From NCBI GenBank assembly GCA_002256025.1, contig NKIB01014247.1:1-45519 (forward strand): a DNA stretch of 45,519 nt. The letters are read 5' to 3'. Both the position numbers and the translations under genes were made by a program. The notes beneath the pieces were generated by a model, which saw only the letters and a program-made list of their open reading frames with translations, was not told the DNA's origin and searched no databases. Numbering within the stretch: the first letter of the stretch is position 1; the number at the start of each line of letters is the position of its first letter. Positions 11,748 to 23,954 of the stretch are shown here, piece by piece. Origin of the DNA: Asterionella formosa (taxonomy: Eukaryota).

Positions 11748-13927
11748 ATGAAGCTTGAGAAGGCTTTTACCATGTCGTTGCTTGCGCTGTTATCTTCGAC
11801 CATGGTTCGACGAGTATTCTCGTTTATCCCATCTACAATAAATGCCCCTAGAAAGGTAACCGCGTCGTCTTTTGCTGTCCGTCAGTTCACCACTCGCTTC
11901 ATGTCAACTGCTGCGCCTCAGGCTCCAAACGTTGAAGAGACGGTCGTGGAGCTTCCTACAAACGACGACAACGAATTATTGTGCATTAGACATTCCTCTG
12001 CTCATGTTATGGCCATGGCGGTGCAACAAGAGTTCCCCGAAGCGCAGACGACGATTGGACCGTGGATCGACAACGGCTTCTACTATGATTTCTTTTTCCC
12101 AGAAACAATTGACGCCGAGACTGGAGAAACCGTTCCTTCTCGAAAGCTCACTCAGGAGGATCTGAAAAAGGTCAAGAAGGCGATGGACAAAATTATCGGG
12201 AAGAACTACCCAATTACGCGTGAAGAAGTCACCCGAGAAGAAGCGGAACGCAGAATCAAGGAAATTAACGAACCGTTTAAGCTTGAGATCTTGCAAAGCA
12301 TCAAGACTGAGCCTATTACTATCTACAAGATTGGAGAGGAATGGTGGGATCTGTGTGCTGGACCTCATGTTGAAAGTACTGGAGCGCTTCCCAGAAAGGC
12401 GATTTCTTTGGAGAATGTGGCTGGTGCCTATTGGCGCGGTGACGAGAACCGCGAGATGCTTCAACGAATCTATGCGACGGCTTGGAAGGACCCGAATCAG
12501 TTGAAGGCATACAAGAACATGATCGAGGAGGCCAAGAAGCGTGACCATCGTATGCTTGGTCAGAAGTTGAATCTTTTCTCCATTCAGGTACGTTTAACAT
12601 TATGTTGGTTGGCAAACGATTCATTCGAGACACTCAAGGAATCAGCTCCCATAGGAGGATGCAGGTGGTGGACTTGTTTTCTGGCATCCAAAGGGGTCTA
12701 TTATTCGTCGCAGCATTGAGGACTTCTGGAAGCAAACTCACATTGACGGTGGCTACGAAATCGTTTACACTCCCCACATCGCCAACATAAACCTTTGGAA
12801 GACTTCTGGTCACTACGATTTCTACAAGGACGGCATGTTTGATCAAATGCAAGTGGAAGACGAGGAATACCAGATCAAGCCCATGAATTGTCCTTTTCAT
12901 TGTCTCATGTACAAGGATGAGCTTCGATCGTACCGTGACTTACCCATTCGATGGGCCGAGCTTGGTACTGTTTATAGGTATGTCTTGCTTTGGTGAACGA
13001 ATGAATTCAACAAGAATGGAAGCATTTTCTGATCTTTCCTTTTGCAGGTATGAGCGTTCTGGGACTCTGCATGGCCTCATGCGTGTTCGCGGGTTCACTC
13101 AAGATGACGCCCATATATTTTGCCTTCCCGAACAACTTGAAAATGAGATTGTGTCTGTCCTTGACTTGACGGAAAAGATTTTATCTCGGTTTGGCTTTGA
13201 TAAGTATGAAATCATGCTTTCCACGCGCCCCGAAAAAGCTGTCGGTAGTGATGCCATTTGGGAGGCAGCTACTACTGCTTTGGAAGGTGCCCTGAAGGTC
13301 AAGGGTTGGGACTACTCTGTTGACGAGGGTGGTGGTGCCTTCTATGGACCAAAGATCGATTTAAAAATTCGTGACGCAATTGGGCGTCAATGGCAGTGCT
13401 CAACTGTTCAATGCGATTTCAATTTGCCGGACCGTTTCGGTCTAGAGTACGTTTCCGCAGAAGGTGTCCGTGAGCAACCCATTATGGTTCACCGAGCTAT
13501 CTTTGGCTCGGTTGAGCGCTTTTTCGGAATTCTTGTGGAGAACTGTGCTGGAGACTTCCCCTTGTGGCTGGCCCCTGTACAACTGAAGCTTCTTCCTGTC
13601 ACTGACTCTGTGAAAGACTATTGTTATGAAGTTGCTGCCATGGCCAAGAAGATGGGCGTCCGCGTCGAAGTCGATCGTGGTGCTGAACGTTTGGCAAAGC
13701 AAATTCGCAACGCTGAACAGCAACGTGTCCCCATCATGGCAGTTGTTGGTATAAAGGAGATGGAGTCTGGAAAATTGGCGATCAGAAGTCGTAAGGAGGG
13801 AGATCTTGGCTCCTTCAGCATTCATGATCTCATGGCAGAAATCGCCCGTTGCGCCGATGCTGCCGAAGAATTGACGATGAGGGGCGAAGTTGTTGTTGTT
13901 GACGTCGAGGCTAGCACAGAAGAGTAA
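11748..13927 (+). CDS. thrS: Threonyl-tRNA synthetase, organellar (bacterial type), 3 exons; introns 12588-12654 and 12978-13047
   Basis: [86 protein letters not shown]. Both GT-AG introns restore the frame ([22 protein letters not shown]). N-terminal targeting extension. Confidence 0.97.
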
Positions 13928-14107
13928 ACAAATAAGCAGATGAGTTTTTGGATCACTCCACAAATTTCTAATTATTATTGCATTGTAAATCAGGATATTG
14001 TTGCCATTGTGCGCAACCTATAGATAATAACAAACTGCTAGGAATAGAAAGTGAGTGGAGATGCGACGTCTGGGCTTATCGTAAATTCTTGAGAGTTGGT
14101 TATGGGA

Positions 14108-14737
14108 TTAGTTGGCAACCTGCTTCTTTGCCTGAGTTCCCTCTCTGAATCCATTCTTGAAACGTCTTGTCATGCTCTTCATGTAACGCATACGTCCAGT
14201 TCCATCGGTTCTGCGTCCCTTAGCCTTCACCGACCAATTGTACGATCGCATCTTCGGGTTAGGGTATCCGCAAGAAGAGCAGGTCTTCTTTTGAATATGG
14301 TACGAAACCTTTCCACACCGACGGCAACTGGTGTGGGATTTGTTTCGGCGCTCTCCAAATGAGGTGGTTCCCTTTGTCTGTAAATCCGAAGATCAAAGTA
14401 TCATCAAAGAGAGGAAACGGAGTAGAAATTGAATGTTAGCGAAACGGCGGGTCAGAAAATCGGTAACATGAACCAAACGAAGTACCATATTACAGGTGAT
14501 AGAAGCTATGAAAAACAGATAATGAGTAGCCTTGCAATCGCAGAAACGTCAAGGGGCTGCATGGCTCTGCGCAATGGGAGCAGGGCGTGGACGCCTTGTT
14601 TCGCCGCCGATGAATGATCTATCAATGACTCCATCGCTCTTCCGCATAACAACTCAAGCATATTCAAGTCAAGGGCAGTGCTGTTGCAGCAGGAAGAAAA
14701 GTCGTTGATGGCCGAAACAGCAGAGCAAACGCACCAT
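14108..14737 (-). CDS. RPL37: 60S ribosomal protein L37 (eL37); coding exon 1 is the ATG only (14737-14735), intron 14734-14378, exon 2 14377-14108
   Basis: Manual translation: [90 protein letters not shown], with C4 zinc finger. Splice sites aagATG|gtgcgt and ttacag|ACA. Confidence 0.95.
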
Positions 14738-15281
14738 CTTAAAATCGTTGTTGAGACCTATTAGCTTTGCAATACAATTGTTCCTACGGCTGTTTTGTCT
14801 CGAATCATCAGTAAAAGGTAATTGCGGTAATCCCTAACCCCATCAATCAGCCAAATGGAATTTTGTGTCACGAATGCCGCATGCTGTTCCTATCAAAGCT
14901 CGTGAGTGGATTTTTGGCTTTTTGTTACTGCTGGGAACCAGGGAAGAGTACCAGGTACCGATACCACCTGCCTGGTATCTGATGGTCCTGGTATCATATT
15001 TGTTCTTGTGCGGTTCCTTCATGCCACCGGTATTCCAATCAAATTTTAATATGATATACCGGTACCGCTATGTCTAGAAGGAAATAGTTAGTCATTTTTA
15101 ATCTATTATTTTATAATTCATTTTTATTAGTATTATTTTATATTCAAACATAAAAACCAAAAGATCGCATCGAGGAAAGAGACGGACCGCGCGTAATACC
15201 ATCCGGGAACATTCCTAATAATCTATCTCCCTTCTTTTTGATTTCCATCACTTCCTGCTGTGTTGTTCCTGCGCTCCTCCA

Positions 15282-16421
15282 ATGTCGGTCCTTCGCTCCC
15301 TCGCCAAGCTTGGCACTATGAAGTATGTTGCAAGGCCCTTTGCAGCCCGCTTTCTAAACATTGTCGCTCGCCCTTCCGATCTCGTTGGAAACACGCCGCT
15401 CATCGACCTTGGTGTCATTTTGGAGGCCCATGGAGTCACCAATGGAAGTCGCCTCATTGGAAAACTCGAGTCACTTGGGCCCTGTTCTTCCGTCAAAGAC
15501 CGTTTGGGTCGATCCATGATTGACGAAGCTGAAAAACAAGGGCTCATTACACCGGGCAAAACAGTTTTGGTGGAACCCACGTCGGGCAACACTGGAATTG
15601 CGCTCGCGTTCATTGCTCGCGAGCGGGGATACCGGTGCATCTTGACCATGCCAGAGACCATGAGCGTCGAACGACGCATGATGCTCTTGGCGCTGGGTTG
15701 TGAGGTCGTCTTGACTCCGAAAGAAACTGCCGTTCCCGGGGCTCTAGCCAAAGCAAAGGAGATTGTAGAGGGACTTGGTGGCGACGGATTCATGCTGCAG
15801 CAGTTTGAAAATCCTGCCAATCCAAAAGTTCATAGGGAAACAACGGGACCCGAAATTTGGAAAGATACAGATGGTCTCATTGATATCTTTGTGTCGGGCG
15901 TTGGAACCGGTGGTACCGTGACAGGCGTATCGCAGTACATTAAGGGATCAACAGCTCACGGTTGTCCGCCATTGAAACAAATCAAAACTATCGCCGTCGA
16001 ACCCATGGAGCAAATGCTCATTACAGCTGCCAAGGGCGGTGAAAAGATTGGTGAACAGGGGCCTCACAAAATTCAAGGTATGGGAGCTGGCTTGATCCCC
16101 AAAGTTTTGGATTTAGACTTGTTAGACGAAGTTGTTCCTGTGCACTCTGAATCAGCAATGGTCATGGCCAATGAGCTATGGATGGTGGGCCTTCCTGTTG
16201 GAGTGAGTGCTGGCGCTATAGTTAGTGCCGCTGTTGATGTGTGCAAGCGATCAGAAAATGCTGGCAAAATGTGCGTTGTTATTATTCCGTCCTTCGGAGA
16301 AAGGTACTTCACTCATCCCATGTTTGCTGCCATCAAGGCCAAGGCAGAAGGGTTGACCAAGCAGCCGCTTCCAGAGCCATTCGATAATACTGCCTATGGA
16401 TTTGCGACTCCTAGAGGGTAG
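15282..16421 (+). CDS. cysK: Cysteine synthase (O-acetylserine (thiol)lyase), probable mitochondrial presequence
   Basis: VGNTPL, PCSSVKDR (PLP lysine), EPTSGNTG, QQFENPANP, GVGTGGT, HKIQGMGAG, PSFGERY. Basic amphipathic N-terminus without acidic residues. Confidence 0.95.
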   Translation: MSVLRSLAKLGTMKYVARPFAARFLNIVARPSDLVGNTPLIDLGVILEAHGVTNGSRLIGKLESLGPCSSVKDRLGRSMIDEAEKQGLITPGKTVLVEPTSGNTGIALAFIARERGYRCILTMPETMSVERRMMLLALGCEVVLTPKETAVPGALAKAKEIVEGLGGDGFMLQQFENPANPKVHRETTGPEIWKDTDGLIDIFVSGVGTGGTVTGVSQYIKGSTAHGCPPLKQIKTIAVEPMEQMLITAAKGGEKIGEQGPHKIQGMGAGLIPKVLDLDLLDEVVPVHSESAMVMANELWMVGLPVGVSAGAIVSAAVDVCKRSENAGKMCVVIIPSFGERYFTHPMFAAIKAKAEGLTKQPLPEPFDNTAYGFATPRG

Positions 16422-16487
16422 AATAATAATATGTATAGGTAAGAACTGTATGAGACAATGTAGTGTTAAAATCACAGTTCAAATTCC

Positions 16488-18383
16488 TTAAATAAAAGTG
16501 TTGTTCGCTAATGCTTCGGTATAGTTCCATTCGCATGGATGAACACGAATGGGTGCAATCTTGTTCATCGCATCATTAGTTTGATCTTCCGGAGATAATC
16601 TCTCAGAATATTCCTTTGCACCAGAGTGGGCAATGCGGTACAACAGATCCAAAGTCATGTATTCTCCCAACTGAACATGACCAGCTGCCCACTGTGCACT
16701 TCCCCACGAATTTTGGTTGAGTGCTTCAACTCGGGCAATCTCACCACCTAAATTGAAATCCTTTCCATATCTAGATAAGCCTATTCCACTGAATCGAGCA
16801 AGGCACAAGAGAGCACGATATTCAAGGTGCGGGGTCTGATGCTTAACAGTGAAGGGTTTGCTACTCGACTCGTAGGCGCTTTTTAGCGTTTGGATTGCCT
16901 TCCCCTCGTAATCTTCCCACGTGAGACTGATGAGTCGACACAGGGACATTAGCTTGCTTCCGTCAAAGTCAAGATTTTTAAAATCAAAAAGGGGAACTTT
17001 GGTGTTAGTGGGTTTATCGAAGCTTGTCGATGGCTTGGCATCCTTATTCCTTGGCTTCATGTGTAAAATCCAACTTGAAGGGCGGTTAGCGTACCGAAGC
17101 AAATGCTTGAGCTTCCATTGCTTCAGTGTATACGCTTCTGGCATATCAGCTGCGTTTTGAATACAATGAGAGTATCCATCATCAAACTGGAGGTAACGAC
17201 TCATGATAAGTTTTTGTTGCTTTTCAAGTTCGAGTCCTACCGTCTCGTGTGTTGGTAGGTAACTGAATTGCTGCATCAGACCCATATCGAAGAGCCTATG
17301 GAATACTGCAATGCTTGCTTGAGTATACCCCGATCCGTCGCCATTGACGAATCCAAACTTGGCAAAAAGGTGAGAGTCCGTGTAGGTTCCGTAGGAGTTC
17401 AAAATTTCTTGGCCTGCAGGGATACCATCACTGACCGACGAAACGATAAAAGCGTTTTCAGTCACGTCATACTTCCATTCAACATTCGGTTTCGCATGAT
17501 GATTGTACATATCTAGCAATGGCACCATGGCACGGCATCCCTTGGTCAAGTCTATTCCCATCTCGTCCTGATATTTCTGAAACTCTTCTTCTGGTACTCC
17601 GTTGGGTTTGCCAGTTCCAAACGATCGACTCATGACCAAGACTCGCATACGAACATAATCATTCCTGTTAACTTCCTCCTTAAAAATGTCGCTTACAGCA
17701 GCGAAGGCATTATATTCGCTTTCGATCATGTCCATGTATGCCTTGATCACAGCGAATGAGGTGGTTCTGCTATTGATGAGTGTTTGCAATTCCTGTGTAT
17801 CCCAGAGCGTGGGATGATGACGAGCCAATTGACGAAAGGAAGGAAGAATTTCATAGTAGCGGAGAAGAGGGTCATGTTCATCTGGTTCCAAAATGAACCG
17901 ATGAATCAAGTATGCCGCAAGGAAAGCTCCTGAATCGATAGCGTTGTGCGTGTAATTGTGCCTTGCATCCTTGAGTTCCTGTTGAATCCAAACACCGCGC
18001 AGAGCATCAAGATCCCATATTTGTAGAGCACGAGGTATCTTGATCAATGCTTTCTTTCCTGGTATGTTCTTGGCTGCCATTTGCGAGCGTCCATGCGGTA
18101 CTAGACTTGGGTCACAAACCGCTCCAGTGGCCTCACACACAAACCCCTGGATGAAATCGGCTGATTCTTCGTCGGGAACTGCTTTTGATTTCGAATCTGG
18201 TTTTCCCGTGTAAAAGTTGGCTACAATACCAATTACCACGACGATACCTGCCATGACCCACCTCTGTCTTCTGACTTTATCGATTCGCTCTTGTTTCTTG
18301 TTGATGGTCTTCGCCTTGGCCACATTCGGCGGCTTGTCCAACTTTTTGGCTCGAGTGCCTTTCTTGTGAGCGTTAGGAGGCAT
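16488..18383 (-). CDS. SET-domain lysine methyltransferase-like protein (Rubisco-LSMT/SETD3-like) with N-terminal transmembrane anchor
   Basis: VMSRSF, MVPLLDMYNHH, GQEILNSYG, LFAKFGF motifs. Lys-rich N-terminus followed by hydrophobic WVMAGIVVVIGIVANFY. Confidence 0.82.
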   Translation of the reverse strand: MPPNAHKKGTRAKKLDKPPNVAKAKTINKKQERIDKVRRQRWVMAGIVVVIGIVANFYTGKPDSKSKAVPDEESADFIQGFVCEATGAVCDPSLVPHGRSQMAAKNIPGKKALIKIPRALQIWDLDALRGVWIQQELKDARHNYTHNAIDSGAFLAAYLIHRFILEPDEHDPLLRYYEILPSFRQLARHHPTLWDTQELQTLINSRTTSFAVIKAYMDMIESEYNAFAAVSDIFKEEVNRNDYVRMRVLVMSRSFGTGKPNGVPEEEFQKYQDEMGIDLTKGCRAMVPLLDMYNHHAKPNVEWKYDVTENAFIVSSVSDGIPAGQEILNSYGTYTDSHLFAKFGFVNGDGSGYTQASIAVFHRLFDMGLMQQFSYLPTHETVGLELEKQQKLIMSRYLQFDDGYSHCIQNAADMPEAYTLKQWKLKHLLRYANRPSSWILHMKPRNKDAKPSTSFDKPTNTKVPLFDFKNLDFDGSKLMSLCRLISLTWEDYEGKAIQTLKSAYESSSKPFTVKHQTPHLEYRALLCLARFSGIGLSRYGKDFNLGGEIARVEALNQNSWGSAQWAAGHVQLGEYMTLDLLYRIAHSGAKEYSERLSPEDQTNDAMNKIAPIRVHPCEWNYTEALANNTFI

Positions 18384-18896
18384 GGCGGATACCGAAGGCT
18401 CACTGCGAAATACAATCTGTATGAGCCACTATAACTTTGCACACGGCACTGTATAGTCTCAAAGCACACTTGACTTCAATGACACCGAATTGGTGCCTGT
18501 GACATGGACTGCCGGGGTTCATTGTTGGCAACGAACAATGCAGACATCAAAGGCAACACAGCGCAATTTGTTTTGATAATGACGACGAGCAGAAGCAAGT
18601 AGGTGCCTACTCGTGACTGCCATTCATTCACGGCTAAATATCTAGATTCGTCGTCACATGTTTGGGGTTCGCATCTTGGTTTGTTCTGTGAAGCGGGTTT
18701 GATGTTTTATGAGAACGCGGAGAACTCAAATCAGCTGTTCGCCTTGCTTCTAGCCTTGTATCTGTTTCTGCAGTTGGGCTGTAGGTGGATGTTTTAGCTC
18801 ACTGATGTGCGTACCGGTATTGGAAGCTCACAACATAAACATTCTTCTCCTCCATTGGAAGTGACACACCGAGCGTGAGTTTGTTTGGGCAGCAGA

Positions 18897-21800
18897 ATGA
18901 AGTTTGTATCCGTCTATGCGTTGGCCTGTTTGGCTGGAGCTTCAGCATTCGTGCCACAAGCATCAGTCACAGTACCAGCTATCAGATCTGTATCCAAATC
19001 GTCGCGGATCTTTGTCCTCACGGCACCAGAGAAGGGCAATCAGCAATTGAGTGAAGCGGATGGCATCGCCCGGTCCTTCAACCTCAATGAAAAGTCGCGC
19101 ATTCTGGGGCAACCCATTCCGTACGCGGAACTGACTATTGGCGTCATGAAGGAAACATTCGCGGGCGAGAACCGTGTCAGCCAAACACCAGACTCGGTTC
19201 AGTCGCTCATCAAGGCAGGCTTTCAAGTCGTTGTACAAGAGGGAGGTAAGTCAGTCAGTTCGTTCAACCGCAGTAGCGGATGTATCGAAGCGAAAGGTCA
19301 ATCTAATTGTAATTCATTGTTTGGTTCTCAATTCAGCCGGAGAAAAAGCGAGCTATTCAGATGCCGCATATGTGGCAGCAGGAGCCATTGTCCTCAAGGG
19401 AGACATGATCTTTGACACTGCTGATATCATCACCAAGATCCGACCTCCTTCTCAAGAGGAAATACCCAAGCTTGCTGGGAAGACTCTGATCGGAATGATT
19501 TCGCCGGCCCAAAACGAGGCACTCTACAAAGAACTCACTGAGCAAAACACTAATGTCTTCGCCTTGGATTGTGTACCTCGTATGCTCTCACGTGCTCAGA
19601 CCTACGATGTCCTCAGTAGCCAAGCCAACATTGCGGGGTACAGAAGTGTCATTGAAGCTGCTGAACATTTCCCGCGATTCTTTGCAGGCCAAATGACTGC
19701 CGCTGGTAAAGTTCCTCCTGCCAAAGTGTTGGTTTTGGGAACTGGAGTGGCAGGATTGGCCGCTATTCAGACTGCCAAGAATATGGGAGCAATTGTTCGG
19801 GGATTTGATGTTCGACCTGTTACCAAAGAACAAGTTGAGAGTATGGGAGCTACCTTTTTGGAAGTCAACGTCCAAGAAGATGGATCTGGCTCTGGGGGAT
19901 ATGCCAAGGAGATGAGCGACGAATACAAGAAGGCTCAAGCTGCCTTGATGTTAGAACAAGCCAAGGATGTTGATATTATCATCACCACTGCTTTAATCCC
20001 TGGTAGAAAGGCTCCTATTCTTGTTAATGAAGAAATGCTGAGTGTTATGAAACCTGGATCGGTATGCGTCGATCTGGCTGCTGCCAACGGTGGAAATGTT
20101 ATGCAAACTCAACCTGATGAGATTATCACTACTGCTAATGGAGTTACTATTATTGGGTACACCGATTTACCTTCCCGATTGGCTTCTACCGCGAGCACTT
20201 TGGTGAGTCTAAGTGGCTTGATGTTTCCTGTTTGCATACGTCTCATTGTCCTCATGCCCCTTTTTCTAGTTCTCCAACAATGTAGCCAAATTCATTTTGA
20301 GTATTGGTCCTCAAACAACAAAAGAAAAAGGGCTATTCCAAATTGATATGGCTGATGATGCTGTTCAGAACATGTTGATTTCGTACGGTGGAGAAGCCCG
20401 CTGGCCTGACAAGATTATTCCATTCTCCCCTCCCCCTCCACCCAAAGTCAACGCTGTAGAGGAAATTATACGCACGGAAGACGAACAAATTGCATTCCTC
20501 AATGCTCAACAAAGGGATGCATTTGTGAAGAATACAGCTCTCACATCGCTGGCGGCTGCGGCTTTGCTTGCATTTGGTTTCACCTCTGATTCTCCCGAAT
20601 CTGTGTCCTTAATGGCCACCTTTGCCCTCGCAGGACTTGCAGGATATCAAGTTGTTTGGGGAGTTAACCCTGCTCTTCATTCACCCCTGATGGCTGTGAC
20701 AAATGCCATTTCCGGTATGACAGCGGTCGGGGGACTGCTTCTTTTGGGGCAAGGAGAGAATACTGGACTCATTCCTGACTCTCCCTCGCACTGGCTGGGC
20801 GCTGTAGCCACTGTTCTCTCTTTTATTAACATTGCTGGCGGTTTCCTTGTGTCTGGAAAAATGTTAGATCTTTTCCGTCGTCGCGATGATCCCAAGGAAT
20901 ATTTTGAATTTTATTCTTTGCCTATTGGGATTCTTTTAGCAGGAGTGGCTGCCTCTGCGTTCCTTGGTATCGGTGAACTTGAGCAAGTGTCGGGTTCCGT
21001 TGCCATCGCATCCTCGGTTGCATGCATTGCAGCAATCGCTGGTCTTGCTCACCAAAAAACTGCTCGTACTGGAAATCTTCTCGGTATGGCTGGTGTTGCA
21101 TTTGGCTTGGCTGCTACTACCGCCGACATGTCATTGGAGGGAGCTGGGATTGCTGCTTTTGAACAAGTTGGTGTTCTTGGTGGACTTGGTTCGGCCATTG
21201 GAGCTCTTTTGGCGTCTGGTGTAGGACCCGCTGAACTTCCTCAGACAGTCGCTGCATTCCACTCGCTTGTCGGTATCGCTGCCATGGCAGGAGCTGGTGG
21301 AGAGTATTTTGCTAATTCAGGCGATTTGGAGATTGGCACTTTAACTGCAATTTACCTTGCAACCTTCATCGGAGGAATCACTGCCACTGGCTCGATGATT
21401 GCATTCGGAAAGCTCTCCGGTATGATGAAGTCTGCCCCCCTATGTCTTCCAGGACGCGACCAACTCAATATTGGCATGTTATCTGCTGTCGTGGCTGGTA
21501 TGTCTGTTTTCTTGAATCCTTCTCTTGTGGATGGTTTGGTACAGGCTGACCCTGAAACGCTGCGTCTCGGAGCACTTGGAGCCGTTGCCCTAATCTCATC
21601 GGTGATGGGAGCTCATTTAACCGCGAGCATCGGAGGGGCGGATATGCCAGTAGTTATCACAGTGCTCAACAGCTGTAAGTGATTCTCCTTACATTTACCG
21701 ATGTCTGTTCTCGTGGTCATTTTATTATACCTCTAACTCTCATCATTTTACCCCACTAGATTCCGGATGGGCGTTGGTTGCTGAAGGGTTTCTCCTTGGA

Positions 21801-22572
21801 AACCCATTGCTTGCCCAAGTTGGAGCTCTAATTGGATTTTCTGGTGGTATTCTGACATGGATTATGTGCAAGGCCATGGGGCGAAACATTGTTTCAGTCA
21901 TTCTCGGAGGAGCCGGATCAGCACCTCCCGTAGCAGGAGGCGGAGCGGTTATCGAGGGAGACATCCAAACTACCACCATTGACATGGTTACTGAAACTTT
22001 GAGGGAGGCGCAGAACGTTATGATTGTCCCTGGATACGGCCTTGCGGTAGCCCAGGCCCAATTTGCAATTGCTGAAATCGCTGAGACGCTTAAGCGTACC
22101 GGAAAGAAAGTTAGGTTTGGAATCCATCCTGTCGCTGGTCGTATGCCTGGACAGCTGAATGTCCTTCTCGCTGAAGCTGGAGTCCCATGTAAGACGTCGG
22201 TGCGAGAAAGTGAACAATATAGTTGTCCACAAAATACTTACACATCTCTTATCGCCTACAGATGACATTGTGTTCGAAATGGACGAGATTAACGAAGACT
22301 TCGGCGATGTTGATGTCACTCTTGTCATTGGCGCGTCCGATACGGTGAGCAGTGCTGCGGAGGATGATCCCACTTGCAGTATTTATGGCATGCCTGTTCT
22401 TCGTGTCTGGAAGTCAAAGCAAGTTTACGTTCTGAAGCGATCGATTGGCAACACAGGCTACACTGGTATGCAAAACCCCATCCTTTTCAAAGAAAACACC
22501 CACGTTCTACTTGGTGACGCCAAGCACACATGTGAAGCAATGAGAAATGCGCTCGAAGCTGCCGACTTGTAA
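18897..22572 (+). CDS. NNT: Membrane NAD(P) transhydrogenase, single-chain alpha-beta fusion, with bipartite plastid presequence; introns 19246-19336, 20203-20269, 21675-21759, 22189-22261
   Basis: [106 protein letters not shown]. All four GT-AG introns restore conserved junctions. Starts [20 protein letters not shown]. Confidence 0.96.
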
Positions 22573-22757
22573 GCCCACTACGGTCCCCCAATGTGTCATT
22601 TGATGATATTGCCAAAAAGAATGAGGAATCAGTCCCTTTATTTCTTTTACTATATAAGTTTGTCTCACACTTAATCCCATATAGGGGCGAGCCAACGAAG
22701 TAAAATTATAGAAGACAATTTGTATTTTATTTATCCCACAACTCTAGCCGAGCAGAT

Positions 22758-23954
22758 TTAAAGGTCGCCGAGTGTTGATCCTCCCATAGCAGCCATGGGG
22801 TCAGCTACTTCTGCTGCTGCTTGATCGCCACCGCCCTTGCCTCCAGGAGGAGAAGGAGCAACCAGTACCACATTGCGAAAGTCGATCTCACTTTCTTTTT
22901 GCATCATAGCGACAAGATCGTGCAAAGACATCAAGTTGATAGCGGGCTCAACGGATTGCATATCAGCAGGGGCCTGAGACATGAATGATTGCCATGTGCT
23001 GACCATGTCTTGCAAACTCAAATACATGGGGAGAAGTGTGGTAGGCTCAGTCTCACCCTTCTCAGGCTGTTTTTGCATACGCATCTGGGCAATCAGGAAC
23101 ACAGGGATTTCATTGAATGTACCATTGAACTTGGGCGATTCGGTCATGGCTTTCTTTATTGCCTCCTGCGCAATCTCAGGGGTCATTGATCCACTATCCT
23201 TAAGCTTTTGTGAATCTTCGGGGTTCATGGTGAGCAACATTCTGGCACCAAGGAGGTCGCGTGTATCGGGAACTATGCGGTATTCGACACCAGAGGTGGG
23301 CGTATCTTCATCACTTCCGGGAAGCTTCAACTATGCACGAGGTGCGTTGTGAGAGATAAAATTTATAAATTTCTATTAGAGCAACGCCAAACCCTGAACT
23401 TACGAGAACTTCTCTATCTCCAGCGTTCAAAAGGCTGAACCAGATCTTTCCGAGCGAGAAGGCGGAGACACGAAGGTCCATCTCTTCGTTCGAGCTTTTC
23501 AGCTGAGTCAAAGTGGCGTTAGCCATAACAGGTGATATGAAGAAGTAAAAGACGCTGGTGTCGTTGTCGGGTTTCAAGACAACGCCCTGGCCTTTGGAAT
23601 CTGTGACCGCAAACACAGGGATATGTTCCAGCCATTCCTCAACTTCGGCCTCACTTAATGCAGGATATGTAGTCGCTTTTGCTTTGACTGGTCTAAAAAT
23701 ATGGGTTGTGGCAAAGCATGTAAGATATTCGTTGGAGGCGTATCATGCTTCAAATGTGTCTGCAACCACAACGAATCAGTGACTAGGACGAACTCAACTT
23801 ACTCTTTTCCGCCTCCGAAAAGGCCTCCTCCTCGAGGAAGGCCGAAGACGATGGAGTTTGCATTCTTAATCGTTCCCCGACTGAATGCTGTCGATGCCGC
23901 AGAGGCAGATACTCCGAGAAAGAAAAGGAGGACCGCAAAGGCAGAATTCACCAT
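22758..23954 (-). CDS. TIC22: Tic22-family plastid protein-import chaperone, 3 exons; introns 23802-23693 and 23403-23331
   Basis: Signal peptide MVNSAFAVLLFFLGVSASA, then LEHIPVFAVTDSKGQG, YFFISP, VSAFSLG, YRIVP, IPVF, PMYLSLQD. This is the duplicated PVF...YF architecture of Tic22. Confidence 0.8.

Noticed and set aside
14096..14362. Plus-strand 88-aa ORF
   Set aside because: Antisense shadow of RPL37 exon 2.
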